64,000 nucleotides of DNA from an uncultured Ignavibacteria bacterium (GCA_964447175.1 CAYURP010000012.1:1110-65109); one strand, 5' to 3'. Shown: positions 43,828 through 55,300, counted from the stretch's first letter. Numbers and translations are program-made. Notes: generated by a model not told the origin, from the sequence alone.

Positions 43828-46800
43828 TTATTTTCTCTTTCTGATCCTCTCCTGGACAATGGTATAAAGGGTTGGAATGAACACCAGGGTCAAAAGTGTC
43901 GAAACTAAAAGCCCGGATATGACTGCTACTGCCATAGGTGATTGAATCTCAGAACCCTCCCCTATTCCGATGGCCATGGGTAAAAGTGCAAACACAGTGG
44001 TTAGGGTGGTCATCAGAACCGGACGCAATCTGGTCCTTCCAGCAGTCACCACAGCCTCGTACAAACCCAGACCGCGTTTTAGAAGCACATTGGAATAGTC
44101 AACAATAAGGATAGCATTGGAGACCACGATCCCCGCCATCATGATTAAACCGATAAGTGACAGGACATTTACAGAAAAACCGGTGAGGAACAAACCCCAG
44201 ATAACACCCAAAATCCCTAAAGGCACGGAGAACATTATTATAAAGGGTTCTAAAAGGGACTCGAACTGAGCAGCCAGAACCATGTATACCAGAGCGACTG
44301 CCAAAAGCAAAGCCAAAAACAAAGAGGTAAACGATTCCTGTTGATCCTGATAACTTCCGGTCAGGGTTACTATAAAATTAGAGGGAATCCCTATCTCTTT
44401 TTTAATCATTGCCTGAACCTCTCGGGCCACGTTTCCAGCAGGCCTTCCCGATACCTGAGAGGTGACCGTCAATATCCTCTCCTGGTTTTTCCTCTCAATC
44501 CTTTTGGGTCCCTCTGCCTTTACCACCGTAGCCACGCTGGAAAGAGGTATCCTTCCACCTGTGGGTAAGATAAGGGAGATTCGGTCCAGATCGAAGAGGT
44601 CTTTCCGATCTTTCTCCCTTAACTGAACTAAAATATCATATTCCTTACCCAATCGGGGATCCCGGAAAAAAGAGGCGACACTTCCCTCCATGTTGGTCTG
44701 AATAGTATTGGCTATATAAGATAGATTTAATCCTAAATCGGATGCTTTTTCTCGATCTATTTTGATCTGAAGCTCTGGTGAGCCCGCTTCTCTCTCCACC
44801 CTCACATCCTTAATCCCGGGGATAGTCTGAATCAAACTGGCTATCTTTTGACCAAGATCTAAAGCAACTTTCTGGTCATATCCCCTGATCTCAACAACTA
44901 TAGGTGCTGTTGCCCCGAACCCGGACATCTGTGTCATCATTCCTGCATTAGTGTACTTGATGTCAGCATCGGGAATGTTCTTTGTTCTGGAACGCAGGGT
45001 ATCCATTATCTCAAAAACGGATCGATCTCTCTCTGAAAGATCTGATAGATAAATCCCCATCACCGCAGCATGGGGACCGGTTATATCCTGGAAAACTGAT
45101 GCCAGGGCACCAAAACCCTTACCTTCTACCCCGGCTCGAGCAGTCAGGGTTTTTAGCTCAGGGATATCTTGCAGGATCGTATTTTCTACATTGGATACCA
45201 CAGACCGGGTTTTATCCAGGTCAGTTCCCACCGGCATCTTAACCGATATATCGAACTCGCCCTCGTCGATCTCAGGCATAAACTCCGCACCTATAAACTT
45301 AACCAATGGAAGGGTAATGAGAAGAAAGGCGAAGACTATGAAGATAATAGTCTTTTTATGGGTAATGGCCCAGCTCAACACTCTTTGATAATAACTATCT
45401 ATTCCATCAAAGAACTTCTGACTTTGTCTGGATAATTTTTGGAACAGGCTTTTCCCTCCAGGATTGTTAACCTTTTTGACTTTAAGGAATCTGGAGGTCA
45501 ACAGGGGGATTAAGACCATAGCCACAAAATATGAAGCAGCCAGAGATAAGGAAATGGTATAAGCCATGGGACTGAAGAAGATTCCAGCAATTCCCTTGAC
45601 GAACAATATAGGAATGAAAACCACTATGGTGGTTACCGTAGCAGCTAAAACTGCAGAGGAGACCTCAGATGCTCCGATCTGAGCAGCCTGGGATGGTCTT
45701 TCCCCTTTTTGGCGGTGCCTGAATATATTTTCCAAAACCACAATAGAGTCATCCACCAGTCTTCCAATTCCCAGGGCTAATCCACCCAGAGTTGCGATAT
45801 TTAAGGTCATTTTCCCAAAATAAAGAAGAATGAAAGTGGCGATAACAGATATGGGTATGGCAGTTGATATGATGATGGTTGAGGAGAAGTTACGCAGGAA
45901 AAGCAATATAATGATTATAGCTAAAAGACCACCTTCCAATGCTGCCCTTTCTACGTTGCTGACCGACCTCTGGATAAAAAAGGATGCGTCATAGATGTAA
46001 TAAATTTTAACTCCCTGGGGAAGTTCCGTTTCCAGCTCAGCCAAAGTCTTTTTGACCCTTTTCGCTGCCTGAACCGTGTTGGCCTGGGATTCCTTCTGCA
46101 CCGTTAGCATCAGGGCTTCCTTACCATTAACCGTAACCATAGAAGTCTTTTCCTTGAAATCGTCCTTGATCTCGGCTATGTTTTTTAAATATATGGGAGC
46201 AGAATTATGATTGGATAAAACTACGTTTTCCAGCTGGGAAACTTCAGTGAACTGACCGGTTGTTCTTATCAGGAAATCCTTTTGACCGAATTTCAGGTGA
46301 CCTGCGGGCAAATTTAAATTAGAAGCTCCTATGGCTGAAATAACCTGCTGGGTGTTAATCCCCAAACCCTCCATTTTGGATCGGTCTAACTCCACCCTTA
46401 TTTCCCTTTCCAGCCCTCCCATCAAGGAAGCGGATGCTATCCCGTCCAGCCTTTCCAATCTCGGCTGAATCACATCCTCTGCTAAGATCCGTAATTCCGC
46501 CAGGTTCTGTTCTTCCCCGGAAACGCCCAGGAAAAAAATTGGCATCATGGATGGATCGAATTTAAATATCCAGGGGTTTTCAGCATCTTCAGGGATATAC
46601 CCTCTCACAATATCAATTTTTTCCCTTATGTCCATGGCTACCATATCCATATCAGTACCCCATTCAAACTCAAGAAATATCGTAGAAATATCCTCCAGAG
46701 AGTAGGAATATATATTCTTCAAATTCTTGACACTGGCCAGGTTCATCTCCAGTGGTTTGGTAACCATCGATTCAATCTCCTCCGGTCCTACACCATAGTA

Positions 46801-46950
46801 GTTGGTTACCACCATGGCTATGGGAAAAGTAATATCCGGATATAAATCTATGGAAAGCTGCCCAAAGGAAATCATCCCCAATACTATCACCGCAATGCAA
46901 ATCATAAAGACGGTGATGGACCTTTTGGTAGCGAATTCTGGCAAAAACAT
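43828..46950 (-). CDS. RND efflux permease (AcrB/AcrD/AcrF family)
   Basis: GRLVDDSIVVLENI, GRTRLRPVLMTTLTT, 12-TM pattern. Confidence 0.96.
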   Translation of the reverse strand: MFLPEFATKRSITVFMICIAVIVLGMISFGQLSIDLYPDITFPIAMVVTNYYGVGPEEIESMVTKPLEMNLASVKNLKNIYSYSLEDISTIFLEFEWGTDMDMVAMDIREKIDIVRGYIPEDAENPWIFKFDPSMMPIFFLGVSGEEQNLAELRILAEDVIQPRLERLDGIASASLMGGLEREIRVELDRSKMEGLGINTQQVISAIGASNLNLPAGHLKFGQKDFLIRTTGQFTEVSQLENVVLSNHNSAPIYLKNIAEIKDDFKEKTSMVTVNGKEALMLTVQKESQANTVQAAKRVKKTLAELETELPQGVKIYYIYDASFFIQRSVSNVERAALEGGLLAIIIILLFLRNFSSTIIISTAIPISVIATFILLYFGKMTLNIATLGGLALGIGRLVDDSIVVLENIFRHRQKGERPSQAAQIGASEVSSAVLAATVTTIVVFIPILFVKGIAGIFFSPMAYTISLSLAASYFVAMVLIPLLTSRFLKVKKVNNPGGKSLFQKLSRQSQKFFDGIDSYYQRVLSWAITHKKTIIFIVFAFLLITLPLVKFIGAEFMPEIDEGEFDISVKMPVGTDLDKTRSVVSNVENTILQDIPELKTLTARAGVEGKGFGALASVFQDITGPHAAVMGIYLSDLSERDRSVFEIMDTLRSRTKNIPDADIKYTNAGMMTQMSGFGATAPIVVEIRGYDQKVALDLGQKIASLIQTIPGIKDVRVEREAGSPELQIKIDREKASDLGLNLSYIANTIQTNMEGSVASFFRDPRLGKEYDILVQLREKDRKDLFDLDRISLILPTGGRIPLSSVATVVKAEGPKRIERKNQERILTVTSQVSGRPAGNVAREVQAMIKKEIGIPSNFIVTLTGSYQDQQESFTSLFLALLLAVALVYMVLAAQFESLLEPFIIMFSVPLGILGVIWGLFLTGFSVNVLSLIGLIMMAGIVVSNAILIVDYSNVLLKRGLGLYEAVVTAGRTRLRPVLMTTLTTVFALLPMAIGIGEGSEIQSPMAVAVISGLLVSTLLTLVFIPTLYTIVQERIRKRK

Positions 46951-47873
46951 TACTTTATTCCTCCCACTATACGAACCGAATCACCATGACTTAAGCTATT
47001 ATGACCGGAGACAACAAGGGTTTCCCCTGGTGTCAATCCAGCTTTGATCTCAATAAGATCACTCCCGAAATCCCCGGTTTCGACTGATTTCAAGTAGGCT
47101 TTTTGATCCCTAACCACGAAGACTGCCCTCTGATCTCCCTTTTCCAGGATTGAGTAGCTGTTAACCAGAAGGGCCTCCCTGGTCTTTTCCGTAGTTATTG
47201 AAACCTGAGCATACATTCCAGGCTTTATAAGATGTCCCGGATTAGAAAGAGTAATTTCAACCGCAGTGCTCCGGGTCAGCTGATCCACTACCGGATTTAT
47301 TAAATTCACCTTTCCAGAGAAGCTTCTATCCGGGTAGGCACCCAACGAAATCTCCGCAGTCTGCCCCATCTTTATTTTGGGGAGATCTTTTTCTATTACA
47401 TTTATCACCACCTTAACCTGATCCATATTCACAATTCTAAATATGGGAGTTCCCATCTGGGGGCTGGGAGAAGGTGGGCTCACTCCTGCTCCTTCGTCCA
47501 GAAAAACCCAACCTATAATGCCCTCAACTGGAGAGGTAACTTCAGCCAATTCGAATTTCATACCAGCAACGTCCCGATCCACCAGAGCTAAAACTTGATC
47601 CTTTTTAACCCGATCCCCCTCTGTGACATTTATTTTAACCAGCTTGCCCGATACTTTAGGGAAAACATCTATCTCTTCAATGCCTTTAACATCACCGGTG
47701 AAGGAAAGGTACTTTTTGAAAGGGGTGGTTTGGACTACCTGGATCTCTACCGGCTTGGTCTTCTCCTCAACAAAAACCTCTTTCACCTGGCTTTTTTTAT
47801 AAGCTTTATATCCCCGGTATCCGATTAAGGCAATAATTACCAGAACCACCATCCAGATCAAAGCTTTTTTCAT
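46950..47873 (-). CDS. RND periplasmic adaptor (membrane fusion protein)
   Basis: PKVSGKL..I.V.EGD.V.K.Q.LA, SPVEG, INP.VD..TRS, IKPGMYA. Confidence 0.94.
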   Translation of the reverse strand: MKKALIWMVVLVIIALIGYRGYKAYKKSQVKEVFVEEKTKPVEIQVVQTTPFKKYLSFTGDVKGIEEIDVFPKVSGKLVKINVTEGDRVKKDQVLALVDRDVAGMKFELAEVTSPVEGIIGWVFLDEGAGVSPPSPSPQMGTPIFRIVNMDQVKVVINVIEKDLPKIKMGQTAEISLGAYPDRSFSGKVNLINPVVDQLTRSTAVEITLSNPGHLIKPGMYAQVSITTEKTREALLVNSYSILEKGDQRAVFVVRDQKAYLKSVETGDFGSDLIEIKAGLTPGETLVVSGHNSLSHGDSVRIVGGIK

Positions 47874-48496
47874 CTTCCTCTCCTCTTTTTCTCATTTAAG
47901 ATACCTTCAAAAAAAATCTTACGGATTACTGAAAGTTCTTTATTTATGGGATATTTCCTGTCAGAGATCAGGTATTTGTAAAGTAAAGAATTGGTCAAGC
48001 CCCACAATGCGTAAGCACAACTTGAGGGGTCAGCTTTTTTAAGATATCCTTTTTTCATTCCCTCGGCTAATATATCCTTCAGATGGCTAATGATGGAGAG
48101 ATCTCTTTCCCTCAAAGTGCATCGGGCGGATTTCATCTCAGCCCAGGCTCTTTCCTGTACTAAAAGCCTGAAGAAATCACGATGTTTCTCAAAGAACTTA
48201 AAATGAGTGGTTAAAGCCAGCTTGAGTTTATCCATATAATCATCGACCTTAGCTATGCTGGAAAATATATTCTCTTTCAACGAATTCAGTCCCCATTCCA
48301 ATGTGGATAAAAAAAGATTTTCTTTGCTTTCAAAATACCGATAGACCGTTCCCTTTCCCAATCCAGCTAAATCAGCAATTTTTTCCACGTCCGTGTCCTG
48401 ATACCCGTATCTGGAGAATACCTTCATGGAAGCGGTCAAAATCTGCTGCTTTCTTTTGGCTGTTAGCTTTTCTCTTTTAACCTGTTTTTTATCCAT
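47870..48496 (-). CDS. TetR/AcrR-family transcriptional regulator
   Basis: IL.AS..VF...GY..T.VE.IA..AGLGKGTVYRYFESKENLF. Confidence 0.95.
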   Translation of the reverse strand: MDKKQVKREKLTAKRKQQILTASMKVFSRYGYQDTDVEKIADLAGLGKGTVYRYFESKENLFLSTLEWGLNSLKENIFSSIAKVDDYMDKLKLALTTHFKFFEKHRDFFRLLVQERAWAEMKSARCTLRERDLSIISHLKDILAEGMKKGYLKKADPSSCAYALWGLTNSLLYKYLISDRKYPINKELSVIRKIFFEGILNEKKRRGR

Positions 48497-48513
48497 TTTT
48501 ATTTTCTAAAACG

Positions 48514-48529
48514 GACGGACGAGTCCGTC
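48514..48529. promoter_or_regulatory. Probable TetR operator (perfect inverted repeat)
   Basis: GACGGAC-GA-GTCCGTC, 18-33 nt upstream of the tetR ATG. Confidence 0.7.
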
Positions 48530-48659
48530 TTGTTCTATACGATAACTATTTGAATAAGTTTAAATATTTTGAAAAAAACTAACCCATTAAAATCATTTTT
48601 GTTTTTTGCGTCTACCCGTATGTTTTGAAAATCTGGGCTATACAGCCATACAAAGCAAT

Positions 48660-49007
48660 CTACTCCGCCTTATCCCCATTTTTGTTCTCATTTTTTCCCT
48701 CGGTTTGAGTTTTCTTTTCCTCTTTTTCCTTGCCCTCTGATTTAACCTCATCTAAATAATTCATTCTGAGCTCGAAAAGGACGTGATCCAAGAATTTTTT
48801 CTCCTCCGGGGACAAGTTGCCCTGGGTCTTTTCCTGAAGCATTCCTAAAATATCAATGGAGAATTTAGCCTGATTCAAATCTTTTTCCACTTTATTGGTT
48901 AAGGGGTTCACTATCTTTCCCATCTGCTGGAGGGCAGCTGTCTGAAACATTAAAACCAGCTGCAGAAAAAGCTGAATCTTCGAATCTTTTGAGTTCCCTT
49001 TCTCCAT
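48660..49007 (-). CDS. DUF1844-like protein
   Basis: F..L.....A.QQMGKI.NP......DL.QAK.SIDIL.ML.EKT.GNL..EE...L...L.ELRMNY. Confidence 0.85.
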   Translation of the reverse strand: MEKGNSKDSKIQLFLQLVLMFQTAALQQMGKIVNPLTNKVEKDLNQAKFSIDILGMLQEKTQGNLSPEEKKFLDHVLFELRMNYLDEVKSEGKEKEEKKTQTEGKNENKNGDKAE

Positions 49008-49034
49008 TTTCCTCTCCTTCAGTTATTTCCCTTT

Positions 49035-49223
49035 TTAATCTTTAACCTTTTTCCGGGCTAAGACCAGATTGTGCCGGGCGTCAATCAATTCCGCATCCAC
49101 CTTCTTCAGAAGCCTTTCCAGGTCGTAATCTTCTGCCCCCTGGATCAACTCGTTCAATAGCCTGGCACATTCTTCTGTATCTTCTAAGAGCTTATCTAAT
49201 TTTTCCCCATATTTCATTTTCAA
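49035..49223 (-). CDS. Small hypothetical helical-hairpin protein
   Basis: 62-aa ORF filling the gap in a co-oriented run; GAGG upstream; amphipathic helices. Confidence 0.65.
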   Translation of the reverse strand: MKMKYGEKLDKLLEDTEECARLLNELIQGAEDYDLERLLKKVDAELIDARHNLVLARKKVKD

Positions 49224-49236
49224 TTTCCCTCGATTT

Positions 49237-49797
49237 TTATGATCCTATGCTTCTGGTTCTGGCTAACTTCTCTTTTATCCTACGCATATCCAGACGATAT
49301 TGATTCATTACCACCTCAGCTATATCATCCGGATCGATCCCATAATCTGAAAGACCCTTGGCTTTCACCGGAACGTTTTTGCTGGATATGTTGATCCCCA
49401 GATGAATCTTGGTGGAGACAGAGGTCTTGGTAACGGTGGAAACAGTTAATTTGAAATCCTCCTCATAGATATCATTGCCCCACCTTTGAAAGACATCTCC
49501 CTTGAGCCTGTGATTTAACTTATCCTTAAGAATGGAAACTAAGAGTTGCTGACGCAGGACAGCTTTTTCTAAATCCAGTTCAAAATGTTCCACCAGAAAG
49601 TGCAACATCATCTCCGATCTTATCTGAGTTTTCTTTTTAAGGTGGTCTATTCCTATAAGATATTTTTCCTCCAGCTCGCAAGGTCCTATGAAAGCAATGA
49701 TGCTATCGCCCAGGATGTCAAAATTCATATAGGTCCAGTGCGGCACCAGCTGTTCCCCGGTGAACTTTATCTTCTCTTTGAAATAAAGCGATCTCAT
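49237..49797 (-). CDS. DUF366-like protein (lipoate-protein-ligase-like fold)
   Basis: FTGEQL..HW.Y..F...GDSIIAF.GPC, I.SE.MLHFLVEHF, RQ.LLV, G.DIY....KLTVS, H.GINI. Confidence 0.82.
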   Translation of the reverse strand: MRSLYFKEKIKFTGEQLVPHWTYMNFDILGDSIIAFIGPCELEEKYLIGIDHLKKKTQIRSEMMLHFLVEHFELDLEKAVLRQQLLVSILKDKLNHRLKGDVFQRWGNDIYEEDFKLTVSTVTKTSVSTKIHLGINISSKNVPVKAKGLSDYGIDPDDIAEVVMNQYRLDMRRIKEKLARTRSIGS

Positions 49798-49808
49798 CTT
49801 ATACTCCT

Positions 49809-51947
49809 TTAACCGACATCCATCAGTTTATGCCTCTCCTTATATTTTCGTAAAAAATCGTTTCTCAAGCCAGAGTTTTCCTTCTTAGTTAACTGAGGAT
49901 CCTCCTCTATTATTCTGAAAGCCCATTCCCTGGCTTGATACAGCAATTTGACATCCTTTGTTATATCGGCTATTTTCAGCTCAGGCAAACCATGTTGCCT
50001 GGTTCCAAAGAATTCCCCCGGTCCCCGTAGCTTTAAATCCCATTCAGCTATCTTGAAACCATCATTGGAACTACACAAAACCTCCAGTCTTTTTTTCGAT
50101 ACATCCGACAGAGGAGGTTCAGCTTTAAGAAAACAATAGGATTGATCGGGTCCCCTGCCAATCCTGCCCCGGAGCTGATGAAGCTGGGACAGGCCGAATC
50201 TTTCCGCATGCTCGATAACCATCACTGTAGCATTGGGCACGTCCAGACCCACCTCGATTACGGTGGTACAGACTAAAACATCGAATTTCCCTTTGCGAAA
50301 ATCCTGCATTACTTTCTCCCGGGACTCGCTTTTTATCCTGCCGTGAAGCAGGGCCATCCTCCGGTGAGGAAATATCTCATTCTGCAGATGCCCAAAACTC
50401 TCCGTGGCTGCTTTAAGATCCATCTTCTCAGATTCCTCTACCAGGGGGTATACAATATAAGCTTGACCACCCTTTTTGAACTCCTCCTCTAAAAAGCTAT
50501 ACAGATGATTTGAAGAATTCTCATCTGAAAGGGTGGTTTTTATCTTTTTTCTTCCTGGGGGCATCTGATCGATCACCGAGACATCCAGATCTCCATACAC
50601 GGTCAGGGCTAATGTTCGGGGAATGGGTGTTGCGGTCATCACCAGAACATCCGGTGAAAAACCCTTTGCTTTAAGTCTGGCTCTCTGCATTACTCCGAAT
50701 CTGTGTTGTTCGTCAATCACCGCCAATCCCAGTCTATAAAAGCTAACCCCCTCCTGGATAAGGGCATGGGTTCCAATTATCACCTTAGCCTGACCATTCT
50801 CTATTTCTTTCAGAATGTCTTTTCTTTGAGTCCCGGACACAGAACCAGTCAGAAGAACCGTTTTAACTCCAAGTGATTCCAATAAATTATGAATGGTAAG
50901 ATAGTGCTGTTCAGCTAATATTTCTGTGGGAGCCATAACAGCTGCCTGGTGATAGTTTTCCACAGCCAGAAGTATTGCTACCAAAGCCACAATGGTCTTT
51001 CCTGAACCTACATCTCCTTGAAGCAAACGGTTCATCCGTTTGGGGGAAGCCATGTCATTGACTATTTCCCTTAAAACCCTTTTTTGAGCATCAGTTAATT
51101 CGAAACTAAGTTGTTTTAAAAGCCCTCTTATAAGTTTACCCGGGGGGTTGAAGAGAATCCCTTTTTCAGATTGGGAGCGTCTTTTTTTTCTTAAGCCCAG
51201 CATAAGCTCCAGGTAAAAAAGCTCATCAAAAGCCAGCCTTTGCCGGGCTTTATCTGCTGTCTCCACCGAATCGGGAAAATGGATATTTTTTAGAGCCTTA
51301 TCCAAGGGTAATAGATTTAAAAAGGAGATCATATTCTGGGGGAGTGTCTCCTTTACATAATACCGGTCCAGAAAAGGCTTCAGGATATTTCTCATTCCCC
51401 TGCTGTCCAGATGAAGTTTCTTTAAGTTTGCCGTGGATGGATATATGGGAATAACCCGACCTGTATGGACAAGCTCCTCACCCTTTTGGGAGATTATCTC
51501 AAACTCTGGATGGGGGATCTGTAAACCATCATAGAACTTAACCATCCCGGAGGCAACTACTGTATCCCCCTCTTTGAACTTACCTTTAATATATCTAATA
51601 CCTTCAAACCAGATCAGGGTTAAAACACCGGTTTTATCCTTTATAATTACCTGATACCTGTTTTTCCTTCTCCATCTTGATCCATATTTCATACCGTAGG
51701 CTTCTACTTGCCCCAGAACAGTGGCTCTGGAATTTACAGAGAGCTCATTAATTGGAGTAATAGTGCTCCTGTCCAGATACTTTCTGGGGATAAAATAGAG
51801 CAAATCTTCAACTGTTCGAATACCCTCCTCATTTAAAGCTTTGGCTTTTTTAGGCCCCACTCCTTTAAGGAACTGAACAGAATCTCCGAGTTTCGTTCCA
51901 CCGGAGCTTTGTTCTGTTTTATAAAGAAGCTGAGAAGACAAATTCAC
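49809..51947 (-). CDS. recG: ATP-dependent DNA helicase RecG
   Basis: LTDAQKR, RLLQGDVGSGKT, MAPTEILAEQH, IDEQHRFGV, MTATPIPRTL, HQLRGRIGRG, DLKLRGPGE. Confidence 0.98.
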   Translation of the reverse strand: MNLSSQLLYKTEQSSGGTKLGDSVQFLKGVGPKKAKALNEEGIRTVEDLLYFIPRKYLDRSTITPINELSVNSRATVLGQVEAYGMKYGSRWRRKNRYQVIIKDKTGVLTLIWFEGIRYIKGKFKEGDTVVASGMVKFYDGLQIPHPEFEIISQKGEELVHTGRVIPIYPSTANLKKLHLDSRGMRNILKPFLDRYYVKETLPQNMISFLNLLPLDKALKNIHFPDSVETADKARQRLAFDELFYLELMLGLRKKRRSQSEKGILFNPPGKLIRGLLKQLSFELTDAQKRVLREIVNDMASPKRMNRLLQGDVGSGKTIVALVAILLAVENYHQAAVMAPTEILAEQHYLTIHNLLESLGVKTVLLTGSVSGTQRKDILKEIENGQAKVIIGTHALIQEGVSFYRLGLAVIDEQHRFGVMQRARLKAKGFSPDVLVMTATPIPRTLALTVYGDLDVSVIDQMPPGRKKIKTTLSDENSSNHLYSFLEEEFKKGGQAYIVYPLVEESEKMDLKAATESFGHLQNEIFPHRRMALLHGRIKSESREKVMQDFRKGKFDVLVCTTVIEVGLDVPNATVMVIEHAERFGLSQLHQLRGRIGRGPDQSYCFLKAEPPLSDVSKKRLEVLCSSNDGFKIAEWDLKLRGPGEFFGTRQHGLPELKIADITKDVKLLYQAREWAFRIIEEDPQLTKKENSGLRNDFLRKYKERHKLMDVG

Positions 51948-52134
51948 ACCTCTTTACGGTTTTTCTATCTTCAATCCAAATAAAGGGCTTTCCATTATCC
52001 TGTCAAGCAAAGAATTAAAGGAATAACAGGTCAGACGAATTTTAGTGGAAATAGCATAACTTACGTAAAGACTTAGTATTAGAAAAAAGCTTATAAAACC
52101 CCAAAAAAAATACTTACAATCCGCTATTTTTCAC

Positions 52135-52163
52135 TTGACAAAAAGTGATTTTTTTCTTAAAAT
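52135..52163 (+). promoter_or_regulatory. Near-consensus sigma70 promoter for the scaffold gene
   Basis: TTGACA-17 nt-TAAAAT. Confidence 0.7.
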
Positions 52164-52303
52164 TTGATAGAACATAAGGCTTTTACGATATTAACAGAGT
52201 TCCACATAAGTTAGATTGCTGTCTTTGGAGGGGGAGGCAATCTTCACTTTAAGGAAAGTGATAGTTATATGCATTGATTTAATCTTTTCAAAAAGGAGGT
52301 TTT

Positions 52304-55300
52304 ATGAAGTTGGCTAAAGCTTCTTTGGCCATGCTTTTCCTCTTACTCTTCTACTCTGTAACTATTCCATCAATTGTATATGCGGAAGAACCAAAGGATA
52401 CACTCTGGATAGAGCCTCAAAACGACTCAACTTTAATTGATTCCATCCTGGTTGGTATAAGTTTCAGAATGTCAGTCAATGTGAGTAATCTTGACACTAC
52501 ACTTGCGGGTTTGGAAATGCGTTTCGCATTTCAAGATACGGATCTGGTTCGACTGGACTCATTTTCCTTTTCTGATCCGAGTTGTCGTTTGCTGAACCCT
52601 GACACTATGGACTATAGAGATACTAGTAGAGTATCGCCAGATACAATTTATATGGAATTTTCTGATACTGGTGAGGTCCGAAATTACCTTCCGCCTGGCC
52701 GTGGAAAAATCATAGATTTATGGTTTACCGGGATTAGGACAGGTGATTTTTTCCTTGACTCAGTTAGCACCATTACACTTGTTGAACGATGGGGTGCAAG
52801 CATCTATCCAGCTTTCTTAACTGATACTCTGACTTTACGCTCCTATGATGATCCAGGCAATGCTGATTCATTCTGGATAAAAAAGGATACAGGACTCGAG
52901 CCTGATACTGTTGGCATCCACGCTAAATTTCCACTGCCCTTCGCTATATATAATGACGAAGTACTATCTGGCTTCGAGATACCTTTACTAATAGTGGGTA
53001 AAAATATTCCTGTTTATGATACTATTTCTTTTGAAAATTCAAACCTTACGGACACACTCCTTTCACCAAAGGTATCAGACTTTCAGGATTCAAACATTTT
53101 AATCAGGTTGGAGCTCAGAAAAGAATTGAACGAAACCCTTCTCGACACTGCTGCCATAGGGAATGTGAATAATCTATTCAATCTATGGTTGCGAGCAGAT
53201 AGCTTAGCCGGAAAATGTGATATCTACACGGATTCTGTGCCTCATATCGGTAATCTCTTCTTCATTGACGATTCCGGAGGTTTCATTCCTGTATCTTATG
53301 GGATAACCTGTACAACATTTTGTTATATGCCTGGTGATATTACCAAAAATAATGTGGTCAATAATGTCGACCTCTTCTATCTGGCTGTCCATCTGTTTAT
53401 GCCGCCGAAAGAGTCCACAGGTGGTGGGTTGAGCTATGACCCTGGGGATTTAGACAAAATAAAATCTCAAAGAGTATTCCTATCCGCCCCCATCTCCTCA
53501 GAAGAATGGGATAGCACATTTTCCGAAATTCTGTTCAGAGCAGACGTAAATGCTGACAGCAGAGTGGATGTGGGTGATTATTACTTTATGTCACTGTTTT
53601 TTCAGGGAGATAATCCTCCTGACAGTCTCGGATATGGCTGGTCCTATCCTAAAGCTGCTAACCCATGCGATCCAGACACTATAAGGATAAACTTCCGAAA
53701 GGCATATCCGGGTCAGCAAATTCCCATTGTTATCGAAATCTACAATGAAGATTACCTTTCTGGTATGACCATCCCTCTCCAGATACCCGATCCCTCAAAA
53801 CTTCAGTGCGATTCCATCACTTTGGCGGGAAGATTTCGCAGTTTCCAATTTGACTGGGAATGGACGCCCTGGCAAGAAGATTATGACCAAAATCCAGACA
53901 ATCAAGATCTGCTAATTATTGTGTCCACGCTGGACACAGATGATTTCCCTTTTATAGACCCAAGTGAGACAGATCATGCTGATTCCGCATTTATCCTTTG
54001 GTGCACTGTGGATTCGCTACTTGAGACAACTGATTATATAGATACTGTTTCCCTTTTGCCGTCTCATAAACTCAGTTTCTTCGAGACAGATTCAGGACAC
54101 AGCTGCGTGCCCCGCTTACATAAGTTTATGGTGGATACGGTCTTAGCTGATTACGGGGACGCTCCGGATGCAACCGACCCCTATTGCGCTGTGGATTCCT
54201 TCTATTTCCCTACCCTGTATAATACAAAGTGCTGCAGAATTGAGGGACGATGCGGACCCTATCATCGGTATGCTTCTCCCTACACTGAGTGGTTGGGATA
54301 CTCAGCAAGTCCTCCCACTGAGGAATGGAATGCCAGGATATCAAACCTGGATCAAGACGAACTGAGCGATACTCTTTTTGTGGAAGCAAACGCAGCCTGG
54401 TATATTGCTCCGATAACAATAACTGCAGATATGGATACAATCCGTTATCTTAATGTCCTATATAATGTTATCGATGACAAAAAATGGAAAGACACACTGG
54501 ATTATAAGGAATGGGTGGTGCAGAATAAAGTAATCAAGAACTCCGGCACCACCGAAAAACTCATACTCGGGCCATTTGACATCCTGCAAATTCCTTCTGC
54601 ATCTGATACAGCCTGGGCCCGATACACACTAACCAGAGAACCAATACCAGCAGAAACCTTCAATTCTGTTGGTGGTTGGGATGGAAGCGGACCACAGGGT
54701 GGTTGGGACTACGGGGAAACAGAGGACATTCCATTTACGCATTGCACATTAATATCCGACACTGTGTGCTTTTCAGTAAGTTCAGAAAGTTCATTTTATA
54801 ACGTTCCTGAAGCGGAAATAATAAAAGTAAAGGTAATGGTTTGGCGTGTTAGCAGTACAGCTGAAAACATTACAGGTCTATCTCTAAACCCATATGTTTT
54901 CGAAACTGGCGGTGCAGAGAATGGATTGATTTTAAATTTCGATGGCGCCATCCCACACGCCATACCGAGTTCTTTTAATCTTCCTGTGGGTGATCCGCAA
55001 CAAGATACGGTCTCTTTTTTCTACAACGCCTATTTCCCGGATTTGCCTAATGCCCGCACCAGCCGCGTGTTGTGGAAGGTTAGCTATGATTTAGGAGAAG
55101 GAACAAAATTGGTAGCTACAAATGAAACAAAATTTATAGAATCCGTTGAACCTTCTTTTGTCTTTTTGGACTCCTCAGAAAACCCTATAACATTGAATGA
55201 AGATACCACTATCAGTTACTACGGTGGAGTGGTTGATCTTCGCTTCAAGGTAGTCGATCCTGACGGCGATTATCCAGTAAATGTTATCTTTGAGAGAAAG

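Noticed and set aside
43828-46950. RND TM10 motif VSNAIL lacking the AcrB Lys940 equivalent
   Set aside because: Non-Lys residues at this position are common in this RND subgroup, and the TM4 Asp pair is intact.
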